The position numbers were made by a program, and so were the translations under genes. Below are positions 9,866 through 19,518 of a DNA stretch of 64,000 nucleotides, piece by piece. Positions within the stretch are counted from its first letter, which is position 1; every line of letters starts with the position of its first letter. The notes below the pieces were generated by a model that worked only from the letters and a program-made list of their open reading frames with translations, was not told the DNA's origin and made no database searches. Origin of the DNA: a bacterium (lineage in GTDB: Bacteria > Patescibacteriota > Saccharimonadia > Saccharimonadales > SZUA-47); assembly GCA_009923445.1 (NCBI GenBank), contig RFTN01000001.1:4523-68522 (forward strand), read 5' to 3'.

Positions 9866-10879
9866 CTATATTGTTACAGTTACTATTGTGCCCTTGTTAA
9901 CAGAGCTAGTTATTTGTAATGACCCCTTGTATACGTCGACGAATTTGGCGACAATTGACAGTCCGAGACCCGTCCCTTCTAGGCCCGTAGCGTTTTTAGA
10001 TCTATAAAACCTTTTTGTAACACTCGTAACATCATCTTTCGGAATCCCAATCCCATTATCTTTAACTTGCAATACCCACTTGTCTGATTTTTTCTTTAAT
10101 AAAACCTGAATTGTTGGCGTATTTTTGTCGCTAAACTTTATAGCGTTTTCGACTATATTTTTAGCAATATACACAAAATGATGTGGATTAATACCGGTGA
10201 TTAGTCGTTCGGGGGCTTCATAACTAATATGTATTTTTTTATCTTTAATCAAGTGATGCTGTTGCTCTAAGATGTCATTTAACAAAGCCACTATGTCGGT
10301 CGGTTCAGAGCCTGCATATTCTGACCTCTCTAGCAAAAGTAAATCTGTTGTTATGGCGCTTAAGTGTTGTAGCTGTGCATCTATTGAGCTTAAAAACTTG
10401 CGTAGCGGTTCGTCTTTTGGTGGTTTGCGCCTTGCTTGTTGTGTCATAGTTTTCATTGCAGCTAGCGGATTGCGTAGTTCGTGGGCGGCATCTTGCATAA
10501 ATCGTCTCTGTGATAAAAACGAATTTTTTACCGGTACTAACAGTTTACGTGACAAAATCCAGCCGACTGCACCACTTATTATTGCCGCACCCAGTATTAT
10601 TATTGGTAAGTTTCGGGTAATTTGTTTGCTGTTGTCACGCTGTATAGCGGCTGCAATAGTTTCAAAATGTTTATAATATTGTTTTTGCGTTTCTAAATAC
10701 TCGCTAACAGCCGGATCGCCAGATGTGAGTTCACTTATTTTATTAGCATTAATTTGATTGTTAAGGCGACTTTTGGTTAGAGTATATACGCCTACGCCCC
10801 CCAAAACGGAACAAAAAATAGCAAGTGATATTGATAATAGAGTAAATTTTGTGCGTACACTTTTAAGTGATTTGTCCAT
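9866..10879 (-). CDS. Sensor histidine kinase (2 TM, HisKA + HATPase_c)
   Basis: H-box AAHELRNPLAAMK, plus N/G1/G2 boxes (NIVENAIKFS, DNGIGIP, GLGLSIV). Confidence 0.75.
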   Translation of the reverse strand: MDKSLKSVRTKFTLLSISLAIFCSVLGGVGVYTLTKSRLNNQINANKISELTSGDPAVSEYLETQKQYYKHFETIAAAIQRDNSKQITRNLPIIILGAAIISGAVGWILSRKLLVPVKNSFLSQRRFMQDAAHELRNPLAAMKTMTQQARRKPPKDEPLRKFLSSIDAQLQHLSAITTDLLLLERSEYAGSEPTDIVALLNDILEQQHHLIKDKKIHISYEAPERLITGINPHHFVYIAKNIVENAIKFSDKNTPTIQVLLKKKSDKWVLQVKDNGIGIPKDDVTSVTKRFYRSKNATGLEGTGLGLSIVAKFVDVYKGSLQITSSVNKGTIVTVTI

Positions 10880-10881
10880 GA

Positions 10882-11565
10882 TTAATCCTGTAATACATAC
10901 CCTATGCCAGGCACCGTTTGTATGATGGTGAGCTGGTCATCTTTAATTTTACTCCTTAGATTAGAAATGTGTATGCGTAGCGGCGGGCTTGTTGCCGCTG
11001 CATCTTCCCCCCAAGCAAATTCAATTATATCTTGCGTATTAACTACTCCGTGATTGTTTTGCATAAGGCGAAGCATTATTCTGAACTCTACTAAAGTTAG
11101 TTTTACGACTTTATTGTGTATTAAAAAACGATGCGTCTTGGGCACAATTTTAAAATTTTTTGTTGTGATGGTCGCCATATCTTGGTAGGTGCCGCTGTTT
11201 CGTAGCTGTGCTTTAATGCGTGCATCAAGCTCACGCAAGTCAAAGGGCTTAACAATGTAGTCGCTCATACCTATACTCAGACCATTCACTCTATCTTCTA
11301 TACTATCCCGTGCTGTAATACCTATAATGGGCGCAGTGTAGCCCAGGCTTCTAAGCTTATTCGTTAACTCTAACCCAGTAATACCGGGCAGCGATACATC
11401 TGCGAGCGTAATATCTGCCTGGTCTTGTAAATTACCCTCTAGCACTTTTTCGGCATCATCAACTGCAATTACACGATAGCCGTTGTCGTGCAGATACGCT
11501 TTTACCGCTTCACGCATGTCGCGGTTATCTTCAATTAGTAACACCTTAGGCTTTGCCATGTACAT
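10882..11565 (-). CDS. OmpR-family response regulator (REC + winged-helix)
   Basis: VLLIEDN...LADVSLPG...KP REC domain and C-terminal trans_reg_C (LTLVEFRIMLRLM...). Overlaps the downstream HK by a few nt, suggesting an operon. Confidence 0.8.
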   Translation of the reverse strand: MYMAKPKVLLIEDNRDMREAVKAYLHDNGYRVIAVDDAEKVLEGNLQDQADITLADVSLPGITGLELTNKLRSLGYTAPIIGITARDSIEDRVNGLSIGMSDYIVKPFDLRELDARIKAQLRNSGTYQDMATITTKNFKIVPKTHRFLIHNKVVKLTLVEFRIMLRLMQNNHGVVNTQDIIEFAWGEDAAATSPPLRIHISNLRSKIKDDQLTIIQTVPGIGYVLQD

Positions 11566-11727
11566 ATCTTAACAAATGCACGTTAAGTATCTGTATAGCG
11601 TACGTTTATTTATTGCTATTTATAAACCCTGAGCGTACTCCCAGCAATAATACATTTTTTACGAGAATTATGACGTTGACGTAGTGATTAAAAAAACGAA
11701 AAAGGCGAGTGCAAGATTCGACTTCTT

Positions 11728-11760
11728 TCGTGGATGGCCATAGTAGATGCTATTACGACT
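11728..11760 (-). repeat. ~30-nt conserved motif (copy A), TGGATGGCCATAGTAGATGCTATTACGACT. A second copy lies at 50141..50170.
   Basis: 25/30 identity to 50141..50170 read by eye. Both copies lie 30-40 nt downstream of the stop of a small minus-strand membrane-protein gene near a tRNA-Lys. Confidence 0.45.
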
Positions 11761-11800
11761 TTAATAAAATACATCCTGGGCTTTTAGTTTATTTATAGTT

Positions 11801-12148
11801 TTACAACATTGAAGCAAGAAAGAGGATGCCTATACCTGCTTCAACTGCTAGGCCTATTAGATTTTTAGACTGATAGTAACGCTCAATTAATATTGAAGAC
11901 AATCTCGCTACTGCCGCTGAACTCCAAGCTAAACCTGCCACCATAAAAGCATCCTGAGAGTTAATAATTAGGCAAGATATACCAATTCCTAAAAATAATC
12001 CACCGTAGGTTGCTCTAATCTCCGATTTTCCAATTTTTGACTTTTCCTTGATGCCCACCATATTGGCTATCTTGTACGGAAAAAATAATCCCAACACTCC
12101 AAGTGTTATCGTGAACAGTGACGCTATTATTGGTAAATATTCATTCAT
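11801..12148 (-). CDS. Hypothetical small membrane protein (115 aa)
   Basis: Hydrophobic ORF between tRNA-Lys(TTT) and motif A. Confidence 0.3.
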   Translation of the reverse strand: MNEYLPIIASLFTITLGVLGLFFPYKIANMVGIKEKSKIGKSEIRATYGGLFLGIGISCLIINSQDAFMVAGLAWSSAAVARLSSILIERYYQSKNLIGLAVEAGIGILFLASML

Positions 12149-12228
12149 TTTTTATATTACTTATTAGATATTGAATATATTTTAACAGAAAAACTCTCCA
12201 TGATAGGAGAGTCTAAGCATAAACGCTT

Positions 12229-12249
12229 TGGAGGGCCCAGTGAGACTCG
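12229..12249 (-). repeat. Perfect 21-nt direct repeat of the tRNA-Lys(TTT) 3' end (att-like), 188 bp downstream of the tRNA
   Basis: TGGAGGGCCCAGTGAGACTCG occurs at 12229-12249 and again at 12438-12458 (the 3' end of the tRNA). Confidence 0.6.
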
Positions 12250-12437
12250 CCCAAATATAATTTTCATTCTTAAAATTTATTTCGGCATGCCTCAACTCTG
12301 GCGCATTGCAATGCGCTCAGGGTTTCCGGCCTTGCAAAATGCCACTGGCATTTTTCACTCACGAAACCTTTTTAGGGTGTATGTTCAAATCACTAAACGC
12401 TCCAATCAAAAAACGACCACTAGGGTCGTTCTTAGAT

Positions 12438-12514
12438 TGGAGGGCCCAGTGAGACTCGAACTCACGACACCTTGCTTAAAAGGCAAGTGCTCTAACCGGC
12501 TGAGCTATGGGCCC
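12438..12514 (-). tRNA. tRNA-Lys (anticodon TTT), CCA encoded
   Basis: Cloverleaf folded by hand: acceptor GGGCCCA, D-arm GCTC/GAGC, anticodon loop CTTTTAA, T-loop TTCGAGT. Confidence 0.85.
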
Positions 12515-12589
12515 GTCAAAAATTACGTTTTTGTCTTGTTTTGCCTTAACTGCAAAAGCTTCGACCTAAAACTAAATTTTTTCCTTGTT

Positions 12590-12617
12590 CCGTTTCGCGA
12601 ATCCCCTCGCGAAACGG
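12590..12617. terminator. Perfect 11-bp stem-loop (CCGTTTCGCGA-atcccc-TCGCGAAACGG) between a minus-strand gene end and tRNA-Lys. Possible terminator or processing hairpin.
   Basis: Inverted repeat read directly. The flanking U-run is weak on both strands. Confidence 0.35.
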
Positions 12618-12670
12618 GGGAATACATTTTTCGGTAACAGGGGTTATTATCTGTTATTTTGTTGTAAAAG

Positions 12671-13123
12671 TCAAGATGTCGCAGTAACCCCTTGAGGTAC
12701 TTTAACTTTACCTTCAGCAACCTTATTAAAGTAGTCTTGTACAACCAATATATCTATACCGTCTGGCACGGCAAGAAGGATGAGTAATGATAATGCAAAA
12801 CTCATTTTTTCATTGGTTATTACTTCGACTGCCTTGCTGTATTTCCATAACCAAAGTGCATATACTATAAAGCTAGCAAAAATTATAGCGTAAAAAAGTA
12901 ACACTGCGATAGGGTTTGAATTGCCGCTTAAACTCGAGGCAAAAAGTAGTGCAAAGCCAAAAATATAACCAAACACAGGTATAACAAATATCCATGGCGT
13001 GGGTATGTCAACCTTCGCAAGAGCCATCATTTCTTTGCGTGTTTTGATAAACCAATACAATCGGTAAATACCAAGTGTCACAATCTCTAAAATTAGCATT
13101 TTTACTATACTGCGCTTTTTCAT
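12671..13123 (-). CDS. DUF4234-like membrane protein, paralog of 5916..6236
   Basis: MKKRS...LGIYRLYWFIKTRKEMMALAKVDIPTPW shares its N-terminal motif with 5916..6236. Confidence 0.4.
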   Translation of the reverse strand: MKKRSIVKMLILEIVTLGIYRLYWFIKTRKEMMALAKVDIPTPWIFVIPVFGYIFGFALLFASSLSGNSNPIAVLLFYAIIFASFIVYALWLWKYSKAVEVITNEKMSFALSLLILLAVPDGIDILVVQDYFNKVAEGKVKVPQGVTATS

Positions 13124-13186
13124 AAATTCCTTTAATTAACGTTAGCAATTTTTTTACTATTACTCCTAGCATACAATCAGGTTAAT

Positions 13187-14647
13187 ATGCGTGCAATAGC
13201 GTACAACAAAACCTCAAAAATTATTGTCTTTTGTATAGGCATTCTGGCTGGTGTTGGACTGGCTTACTTCGTGAGTGTATCTAGCCTGATTATTGCTGTG
13301 CTATCGAGTGTTGGTTTTTTAGCTTTACTGCTAAGGGTAAAACTAATAAGCCTTATAGCCTTGGGCATAACAGTGGGATTACTACGCGGAGCAGCTTTTA
13401 CAAAACAAATAGATCCACTATATGACGTCATTGGTCAAAAGGTGACTGTGCAAGCAAAAGTAGACTCGCCGTCTAGCTACGGCGATAAAAAGCAGCTTGA
13501 ATTTGATGTCACACACGTTAAACTACTCCAACCCTACCAGGCAGACTTACCAATAAAAATGCAAATAAGTGGTTTTGGAGAAAATACCATATTGCGCGGT
13601 GATGTAATTACAGCCACCGGCAAATTATATAAAAGACGAGGAAGCAAGCAGGCAGGTATTTCTTTTGCTCAAATAGCTGTTGTTTCGCATGATACCTCAC
13701 CCTTACAGCAAGTAAGGCGAAACTTTTTAGCAGGAATGACTACAGCGATTCCAGAGCCGCATGATCAGTTTGCAATAGGCCTATTGGTGGGTCAAAAAAG
13801 TGACCTACCAAAGTATGTAGTTGATACTCTGCAAATAGTTGGCTTAAGTCACATTATTGCGGTGTCTGGTTATAATCTCACTATTTTAGTTGATGTTTCA
13901 AAGAAGCGATTCAGCAAGGGCTCTAAACTAAGAGGAACGCTGCTCAGCTGCACGCTTTTGCTGCTGTTTGTGGCTATGGTGGGGAGTAGTGCATCTATAC
14001 AGCGTGCCGCGTTAGTATCTTTGCTAACTATTGCAGCCGCGCATTACGGCAGGAGCATTAAACCACTCGTTTTAATTACTTTTGCGGCCGCCATAACGGT
14101 TATACTTAACCCGCTAAGTATTTGGTCTGATGTAGGGTGGTACCTGTCGTTTTTAGCTTTTTTTGGTGTGTTAGTTATATCGCCCGTAATGCAAAAAAGA
14201 CTATATAAAGATAAAGAGCCGTCACTACTTTCTAAATTAAGTATCGAAACTTTTTGCGCTCAACTTATGACGCTGCCAATAATGCTTTTGTTATTTTCTC
14301 AGTTATCACTCATATCACTTGTTTCTAATATAATGGTTGTACCATTTGTGCCGCTTGCAATGCTTAGTAGTTTTATTGCGGGCATCGCTGGTATGGTCGT
14401 TCCCTTTTTGGCGCCAATTATTGCGCTCCCAGCGGTTTGGATACTGACGTACATGCTAGATGTTGCTACGCTATTGTCACGCATTCCGCATGCAAGTATT
14501 CAAACTAAAATATCGCTTCCTATTACGGTAGTTATTTATAGCGCAATCATAGCCATGCTTATAGTGATGCAGCGCAGCGTTCATGGTAAAATGAAGGTAA
14601 CTAACAGGGATAATTATGTCGGGACACAGCAAATGGTCAACAATTAA
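13187..14647 (+). CDS. comEC: ComEC/Rec2 DNA internalisation channel (no C-terminal metallo-beta-lactamase domain)
   Basis: Polytopic membrane protein with competence-domain signature LLVGQKSDLP...IVGLSHIIAVSGYNLTIL. Confidence 0.7.
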   Translation: MRAIAYNKTSKIIVFCIGILAGVGLAYFVSVSSLIIAVLSSVGFLALLLRVKLISLIALGITVGLLRGAAFTKQIDPLYDVIGQKVTVQAKVDSPSSYGDKKQLEFDVTHVKLLQPYQADLPIKMQISGFGENTILRGDVITATGKLYKRRGSKQAGISFAQIAVVSHDTSPLQQVRRNFLAGMTTAIPEPHDQFAIGLLVGQKSDLPKYVVDTLQIVGLSHIIAVSGYNLTILVDVSKKRFSKGSKLRGTLLSCTLLLLFVAMVGSSASIQRAALVSLLTIAAAHYGRSIKPLVLITFAAAITVILNPLSIWSDVGWYLSFLAFFGVLVISPVMQKRLYKDKEPSLLSKLSIETFCAQLMTLPIMLLLFSQLSLISLVSNIMVVPFVPLAMLSSFIAGIAGMVVPFLAPIIALPAVWILTYMLDVATLLSRIPHASIQTKISLPITVVIYSAIIAMLIVMQRSVHGKMKVTNRDNYVGTQQMVNN

Positions 14648-15320
14648 AAGACAAAAAGGCGCTAAAGACCAAGCGCGCGGTGCTGTATTTACAAAACTTG
14701 GGAACCTTATAGCAATAGCAGCCCGTAGCGGTCCAGACCCCTCGACTAACTTTAGTTTGCGTTTGGCTATAGACAAAGCAAAAGCTGCTAACATGCCCTT
14801 GGCTAATATTGAGCGGGCAATAAAGCGCGTTAGCGATAAGTCTGCCGCACAAGTTACTGAGGTAATGTACGAAGGTTATGCAAGTGGTGGTGTAGCAATT
14901 TTAGTGGAGTGTGCAACCGACAACCTTAACCGCACCTACCCCGAAGTTAGATTAGCTTTTAGTAAGCATGGTGGTGCAATTGCCGAAAAGGGCAGTGTAG
15001 CGTTTCAGTTTAAGCACGTCGGCTATATTAGGGTACAGGGCAGTAGTGAGGATATATTGTTGCAAGTGTTAGATGCTGGTGCCGATGATGCCAGCGAAGA
15101 AGATGGTGACACGCTGGTGTATACAGACCCAAAGCAACTAGCTGCGGTACGTGATGCAATTGCAGCCGCAGGCCTAACAATTAAAGAAGCAGAGCTTACC
15201 TACGAACCAAACACGACAGTCGAAATTACCGACGAAGCCACCGAGGGTAAAGTGATGCGAGTACTTGAAGCTTTAGAAGATTTAGACGATGTGGTTGCAA
15301 CCCACACCAACTTGGCATGA
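14616..15320 (+). CDS. yebC: YebC/PmpR-family transcriptional regulator
   Basis: MSGHSKWSTIKRQKGAKDQARG... canonical YebC N-terminus. Confidence 0.8.
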   Translation: MSGHSKWSTIKRQKGAKDQARGAVFTKLGNLIAIAARSGPDPSTNFSLRLAIDKAKAANMPLANIERAIKRVSDKSAAQVTEVMYEGYASGGVAILVECATDNLNRTYPEVRLAFSKHGGAIAEKGSVAFQFKHVGYIRVQGSSEDILLQVLDAGADDASEEDGDTLVYTDPKQLAAVRDAIAAAGLTIKEAELTYEPNTTVEITDEATEGKVMRVLEALEDLDDVVATHTNLA

Positions 15321-15802
15321 AGATTTTAGGCATTGACCCCGGTACGGGAATAATTGGTTTTGGTTGCATACAAACGGGTAAGCGCACACCTGAGCTTTTA
15401 GATGCTGGAGTTATACGTACCACAATCGGTGACCAAACGGCGAGTAGACTTGTTGAATTGTACGATTCTATAGTTGAGCTTATAGACGACTGTAAGCCTG
15501 ACGCGGCTGCTGTAGAAAAGCTTTTTTTTGCTCAAAATGTTACTACTGCTATGGCAGTCAGCCAGGCAAGGGGAGTTATTTTACTTGCCTTGCAGCAATC
15601 TGGCGTGCATATTTTTGAATACACGCCTTTGCAGATAAAAATGGCCATAACAGGGTATGGCAAGGCTAAAAAGGCTGATGTACAAGAGATGGTGCGTATT
15701 CAGTTGGGGTTGCGTGACACGCCAAAACCAGACGATTGCGCCGATGCAATAGCTGCAGCCCTGACACATGCATCTTCGGTGGTGTACAATAAAGCTACAT
15801 GA
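15317..15802 (+). CDS. ruvC: Holliday junction resolvase RuvC
   Basis: MKILGIDPGTGIIGFG... RNase H-like fold. Lies in the ruvCAB order. Confidence 0.8.
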   Translation: MKILGIDPGTGIIGFGCIQTGKRTPELLDAGVIRTTIGDQTASRLVELYDSIVELIDDCKPDAAAVEKLFFAQNVTTAMAVSQARGVILLALQQSGVHIFEYTPLQIKMAITGYGKAKKADVQEMVRIQLGLRDTPKPDDCADAIAAALTHASSVVYNKAT

Positions 15803-16374
15803 TAGCCAAACTTACAGGTGTTGCAATTGATCACGAGGGCCCATTGACAGTTATTGACTGTAGTGGAGTTGGGTATGCAGTACGTGTATTGCTAGATGAA
15901 CAAGCAACGATGCGTTTAGGCGAAAAATCCAGCCTATTTATATACGAACATATTAAAGAAGATGCTCACGACCTATATGGTTTTTTAACAAAGTCTCGTA
16001 AAGATTTGTTTGAACGCTTAATTAGTGTAAACGGCGTTGGCCCAAAAGCAGCACTGGCCATTGCAAACCTAGGCAACGAGGGGCAGGTACGGACTGCCAT
16101 AGCAAACGGAGACACAAAATACATTAGCAGTGCCAGCGGCGTTGGTAAAAAAGTGGCCGAGCGCGTAGTAGTAGACTTAAAAAATAAAGTTGGCCTAAGC
16201 GCTAGCAACGACGCAACCGCATTTTTACAAGAAGCCAGCTTAGCCGACAGTGACGAAGCGCTGCAGGCACTTATTGGGCTAGGATATAGCCGCGAAGACG
16301 CCGTTGCGGTACTTGCTAAAATTGATCCCTCCCTTTCTGTCGAAGCACGCATTAAACAGGCTCTAAAAAGGTAG
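15799..16374 (+). CDS. ruvA: Holliday junction branch migration protein RuvA
   Basis: Position between ruvC and ruvB, plus HhH motifs ([15 protein letters not shown]). Confidence 0.8.
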   Translation: MIAKLTGVAIDHEGPLTVIDCSGVGYAVRVLLDEQATMRLGEKSSLFIYEHIKEDAHDLYGFLTKSRKDLFERLISVNGVGPKAALAIANLGNEGQVRTAIANGDTKYISSASGVGKKVAERVVVDLKNKVGLSASNDATAFLQEASLADSDEALQALIGLGYSREDAVAVLAKIDPSLSVEARIKQALKR

Positions 16375-16384
16375 GATAGGTTAT

Positions 16385-17419
16385 ATGGCAATAGAACGAA
16401 TTCTTAACACGCAAAGTATTGAAGAAGAAAGCAATGAAGAACTACTAGAAATTAGCTTACGCCCAAAAACATTTAACGACTACATTGGCCAAGAACGCAT
16501 AAAAACAAATCTAAAACTTAGTATCGATGCCGCAAAAGGTCGCGGCGAACCAATGGATCATGTACTGCTTTTTGGTCCACCAGGTTTAGGCAAAACTACA
16601 CTTGCAAGTGTTATAGCAAACGAAATGGGCGCACAGATTCGTGTTACCAGTGGACCGGCTATTGATCGAGCGGCAGACCTAGCGAGCTTGCTTACCAACC
16701 TGCAAGACGGTGATATTTTATTTATTGATGAAATTCACCGCCTAAACCGAAGCGTAGAAGAGGTTTTATATAGCGCCATGGAAGATTACGCCATTGACAT
16801 CATGCTTGGCAAGGGGCCAACTGCTAAAAGCTTACGTCTAGACTTGCCCAAGTTTACGTTAATTGGCGCTACGACGCGTACAGGTGCCCTAGCTGCGCCC
16901 CTGCGAGACAGATTTGGCCATATTCACCGTTTAGAGTTTTATGATCCATCAGAAATAGCACAGGTGGTTGAACGATCAGCTGGAATACTCGGCACAAAAA
17001 TTCACAAAGATGCCGCCGCAAAACTCTCGACACGTTCGCGGCTCACTCCACGTATTGCTAACCGACTTTTAAAGCGAGTACGTGATTATGCAGATGTGAA
17101 TGGTGATGGCATCATAGATGCCGTTACAGCAGATTTGGCGCTTCAATTGTTAGAAATTGACGCAATAGGTCTTGATACCGCTGATAGAATGTTACTCAAT
17201 ACAATTATAGATAATCACCAGGGTGGTCCGGTTGGGCTAAATACTCTTGCTGCAATAATTGGCGATGAGGCAACCACTATCGAAGATTATTATGAGCCAT
17301 ACCTGATGCAGGTAGGTATGCTTGAGCGTACGCCTCGCGGCAGAAAGGTCACACATAAAGCCTATAAACATTTAGGTAAGCAAATAGACCAGCAAACACC
17401 TCAGCAAAAATTAGTTTAG
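16385..17419 (+). CDS. ruvB: Holliday junction ATP-dependent DNA helicase RuvB
   Basis: Walker [12 protein letters not shown], sensor motifs, and the RuvB C-terminal winged-helix. Confidence 0.9.
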   Translation: MAIERILNTQSIEEESNEELLEISLRPKTFNDYIGQERIKTNLKLSIDAAKGRGEPMDHVLLFGPPGLGKTTLASVIANEMGAQIRVTSGPAIDRAADLASLLTNLQDGDILFIDEIHRLNRSVEEVLYSAMEDYAIDIMLGKGPTAKSLRLDLPKFTLIGATTRTGALAAPLRDRFGHIHRLEFYDPSEIAQVVERSAGILGTKIHKDAAAKLSTRSRLTPRIANRLLKRVRDYADVNGDGIIDAVTADLALQLLEIDAIGLDTADRMLLNTIIDNHQGGPVGLNTLAAIIGDEATTIEDYYEPYLMQVGMLERTPRGRKVTHKAYKHLGKQIDQQTPQQKLV

Positions 17420-17436
17420 CTGGTATACTAAGTATA

Positions 17437-18003
17437 ATGAGACAACTTACCCGCGCAGACATGGAGACAATCGATAGTGACGAGGTACTACTGGGTACTA
17501 TCTATAAGCACCCCCTCGGAATTATCATTGTTTATTTACAAGCTGCTTTAGGGCTCGTTTTATCTATAGGCCTCGCTTTTGTTTTATTGCCTACTGTAGT
17601 CACGAACGCAGCTGTTGCCTTTGATATAGCCGTTACTTTTGCGCTGGTGGTACTGGTTTTTGCGGCAACTATTGTTATTGTTTCGACAATAATATATAGA
17701 CAGAGCCACTTAATTATTACAGATAAAAATATTACACAGGTTTTACAGAGCGGGTTATTTAAGCGTAAAATTTCACAACTTACCATGGCAAATGTAGAAG
17801 ACGTGACCAGTGAGCAAAACGGCATATTCCAATCAATTTTCGATTACGGAACACTTAAAATAGAGACTGCCGGTGAGCAAGCAAATTTTCATTTTTCATA
17901 TTGTCCAAAACCAAGTTACTATGCAAAAATAATTCTAGAAGCGCGCGAAAAATATACCGCTAAAGAATACCCATACGCATCGGCGGTAAAGGGTAATTTA
18001 TAA
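17437..18003 (+). CDS. Hypothetical membrane protein, possibly bacterial PH (YdbS/YdbT-like) domain
   Basis: Two TM helices followed by a soluble beta-rich region. Confidence 0.25.
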   Translation: MRQLTRADMETIDSDEVLLGTIYKHPLGIIIVYLQAALGLVLSIGLAFVLLPTVVTNAAVAFDIAVTFALVVLVFAATIVIVSTIIYRQSHLIITDKNITQVLQSGLFKRKISQLTMANVEDVTSEQNGIFQSIFDYGTLKIETAGEQANFHFSYCPKPSYYAKIILEAREKYTAKEYPYASAVKGNL

Positions 18004-18013
18004 TATTTTAAAC

Positions 18014-18346
18014 CTACTCGCTAAAAGGGTTCGTTCGGTTTGGGGCTAGAATAGGTTTGACTGTAACATCAACGTCATTTAAAGCATTTTGTAGCTTGTT
18101 AACTAATTTTTTATCTATTGTACTCACATTATTTGCCGCAGTCGTTTCGTTGTAATGTGCCTCATCGCGCGTTGGGTTTATATAATTCCTTGATCGAAAT
18201 AGTGATATGCCTATAGCAAGTCCTGCAATTAGTACAATTATAAAAACACCGTGTCCAGCTATATTTGTTTGTGTTTTGCGAAAAACACGCAACAATCGCT
18301 CCTTTGGAGTCAAGATTTGTTTTTTTGTTGCTTTATTCTTTTTCAT
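18014..18346 (-). CDS. Hypothetical single-pass membrane protein at the distal end of the pilus locus
   Basis: ORF with one TM helix. Confidence 0.25.
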   Translation of the reverse strand: MKKNKATKKQILTPKERLLRVFRKTQTNIAGHGVFIIVLIAGLAIGISLFRSRNYINPTRDEAHYNETTAANNVSTIDKKLVNKLQNALNDVDVTVKPILAPNRTNPFSE

Positions 18347-18349
18347 AAT

Positions 18350-18928
18350 TTATGGTTGTACGAATGTTTTAAGTGATAAAGATAAGCTTGACAAGTAACC
18401 GGGCTTTGATTTATCAGGGCTAATTTGTACTTGATCTGCTTGTATAATACGCTTATTTTTCTCGATTTCGCTAAAAAGTTGTAGCATTGTATCGTAGCTA
18501 ATATCACGAATCTGAATGCTAAAAGGGTACACAAAAACACCCTGAACATCTTTAGATGCGGTAGTGCCAGATAACGAATCAGGGGAACCTGTGCCGTTAA
18601 AAGTTATAGTCGTTATTTTAGAGTTCGGTATGCCAGCTTGGTTAGTGGCAGTATAAATAATGTCAGCAATTAGGTTCTCTTGCTTTTTCTGTTTTGGAAG
18701 TAGTGCATTAATAATATCGTTTAGCTTTGCGATATCTTGTGGGTTACTTTTTGATTTGTTTAACATCTCTATTTTGTCTGTTTGAGCATCTCGCTCTGCC
18801 ATTAGCCTGGATACAGTAAGCGATTTAGACCTTAATTGTTTGTCCGCCCACAAAAAACCACCAACCGAAAGTACAAATGCCAAAATAATACTTAAAAGCA
18901 ATAATTTGTAGAAATTACGTGCACTCAT
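18350..18928 (-). CDS. pilO: Type IV pilus assembly protein PilO-like
   Basis: Single N-terminal TM, a coiled-coil, and position after pilM-pilN. Confidence 0.5.
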   Translation of the reverse strand: MSARNFYKLLLLSIILAFVLSVGGFLWADKQLRSKSLTVSRLMAERDAQTDKIEMLNKSKSNPQDIAKLNDIINALLPKQKKQENLIADIIYTATNQAGIPNSKITTITFNGTGSPDSLSGTTASKDVQGVFVYPFSIQIRDISYDTMLQLFSEIEKNKRIIQADQVQISPDKSKPGYLSSLSLSLKTFVQP

Positions 18929-19518
18929 TATTTTGTACCGCCAGAACTTTTAGTACTTTTACTACCTTTAAAACTAGCAATTAATGTAGCGCCGTAAGAG
19001 TATGTTTTTTGACCAGGTTTATTTTCCCCAGCCCCTTTAGTGGTAATCGAGCTTATGTCAACCGCCTCAAATAAGTCGGAGTTAACTAGATTTTGTTGCA
19101 TAACTGCTGCTAAATTTTGTTGATCCATATCAATTTCAAGTTGGAGTGGGCTAGATTTTCCACCCGTGAGAGTTAGCGCATTTAACACAACTCCATTAGG
19201 AAGAAGCGATCCTATTGCAGGCACGAGCACAGAGAACTTTACTTCTCCTGAGTATAGCTTATCGATAGTTTTTAATTGACTGGCTATTTTTTCTACGTCT
19301 TTTTGAGATGCTTGCAGCTTAGTAATTTCGACTTCTCGCTCGGACATTTCTTTTTTTAACCTATTTTCGTCTTGATAAACAAATTGCATATTTATTAATG
19401 CTACAGATATAGTTAATATTCCAATACTCAGTAAGCTGATAACGTAGCCTAAAAGACGCGTGTTTCGTCGACCGTAAAAATGTGTTTTTTTAATTTCGTT
19501 TGGCAGCAGGTTAATCAT
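18928..19518 (-). CDS. pilN: Type IV pilus assembly protein PilN
   Basis: MINLLPNEIKK... followed by a TM helix then a coiled-coil. Start overlaps the pilM stop. Confidence 0.6.
   Translation of the reverse strand: MINLLPNEIKKTHFYGRRNTRLLGYVISLLSIGILTISVALINMQFVYQDENRLKKEMSEREVEITKLQASQKDVEKIASQLKTIDKLYSGEVKFSVLVPAIGSLLPNGVVLNALTLTGGKSSPLQLEIDMDQQNLAAVMQQNLVNSDLFEAVDISSITTKGAGENKPGQKTYSYGATLIASFKGSKSTKSSGGTK

Noticed and set aside
12200-12637. 145-aa plus-strand ORF from the six-frame track
   Set aside because: It runs through the tRNA-Lys(TTT) gene, its 3'-end repeat and the 11-bp hairpin, and has no coding-like composition, so it is spurious.
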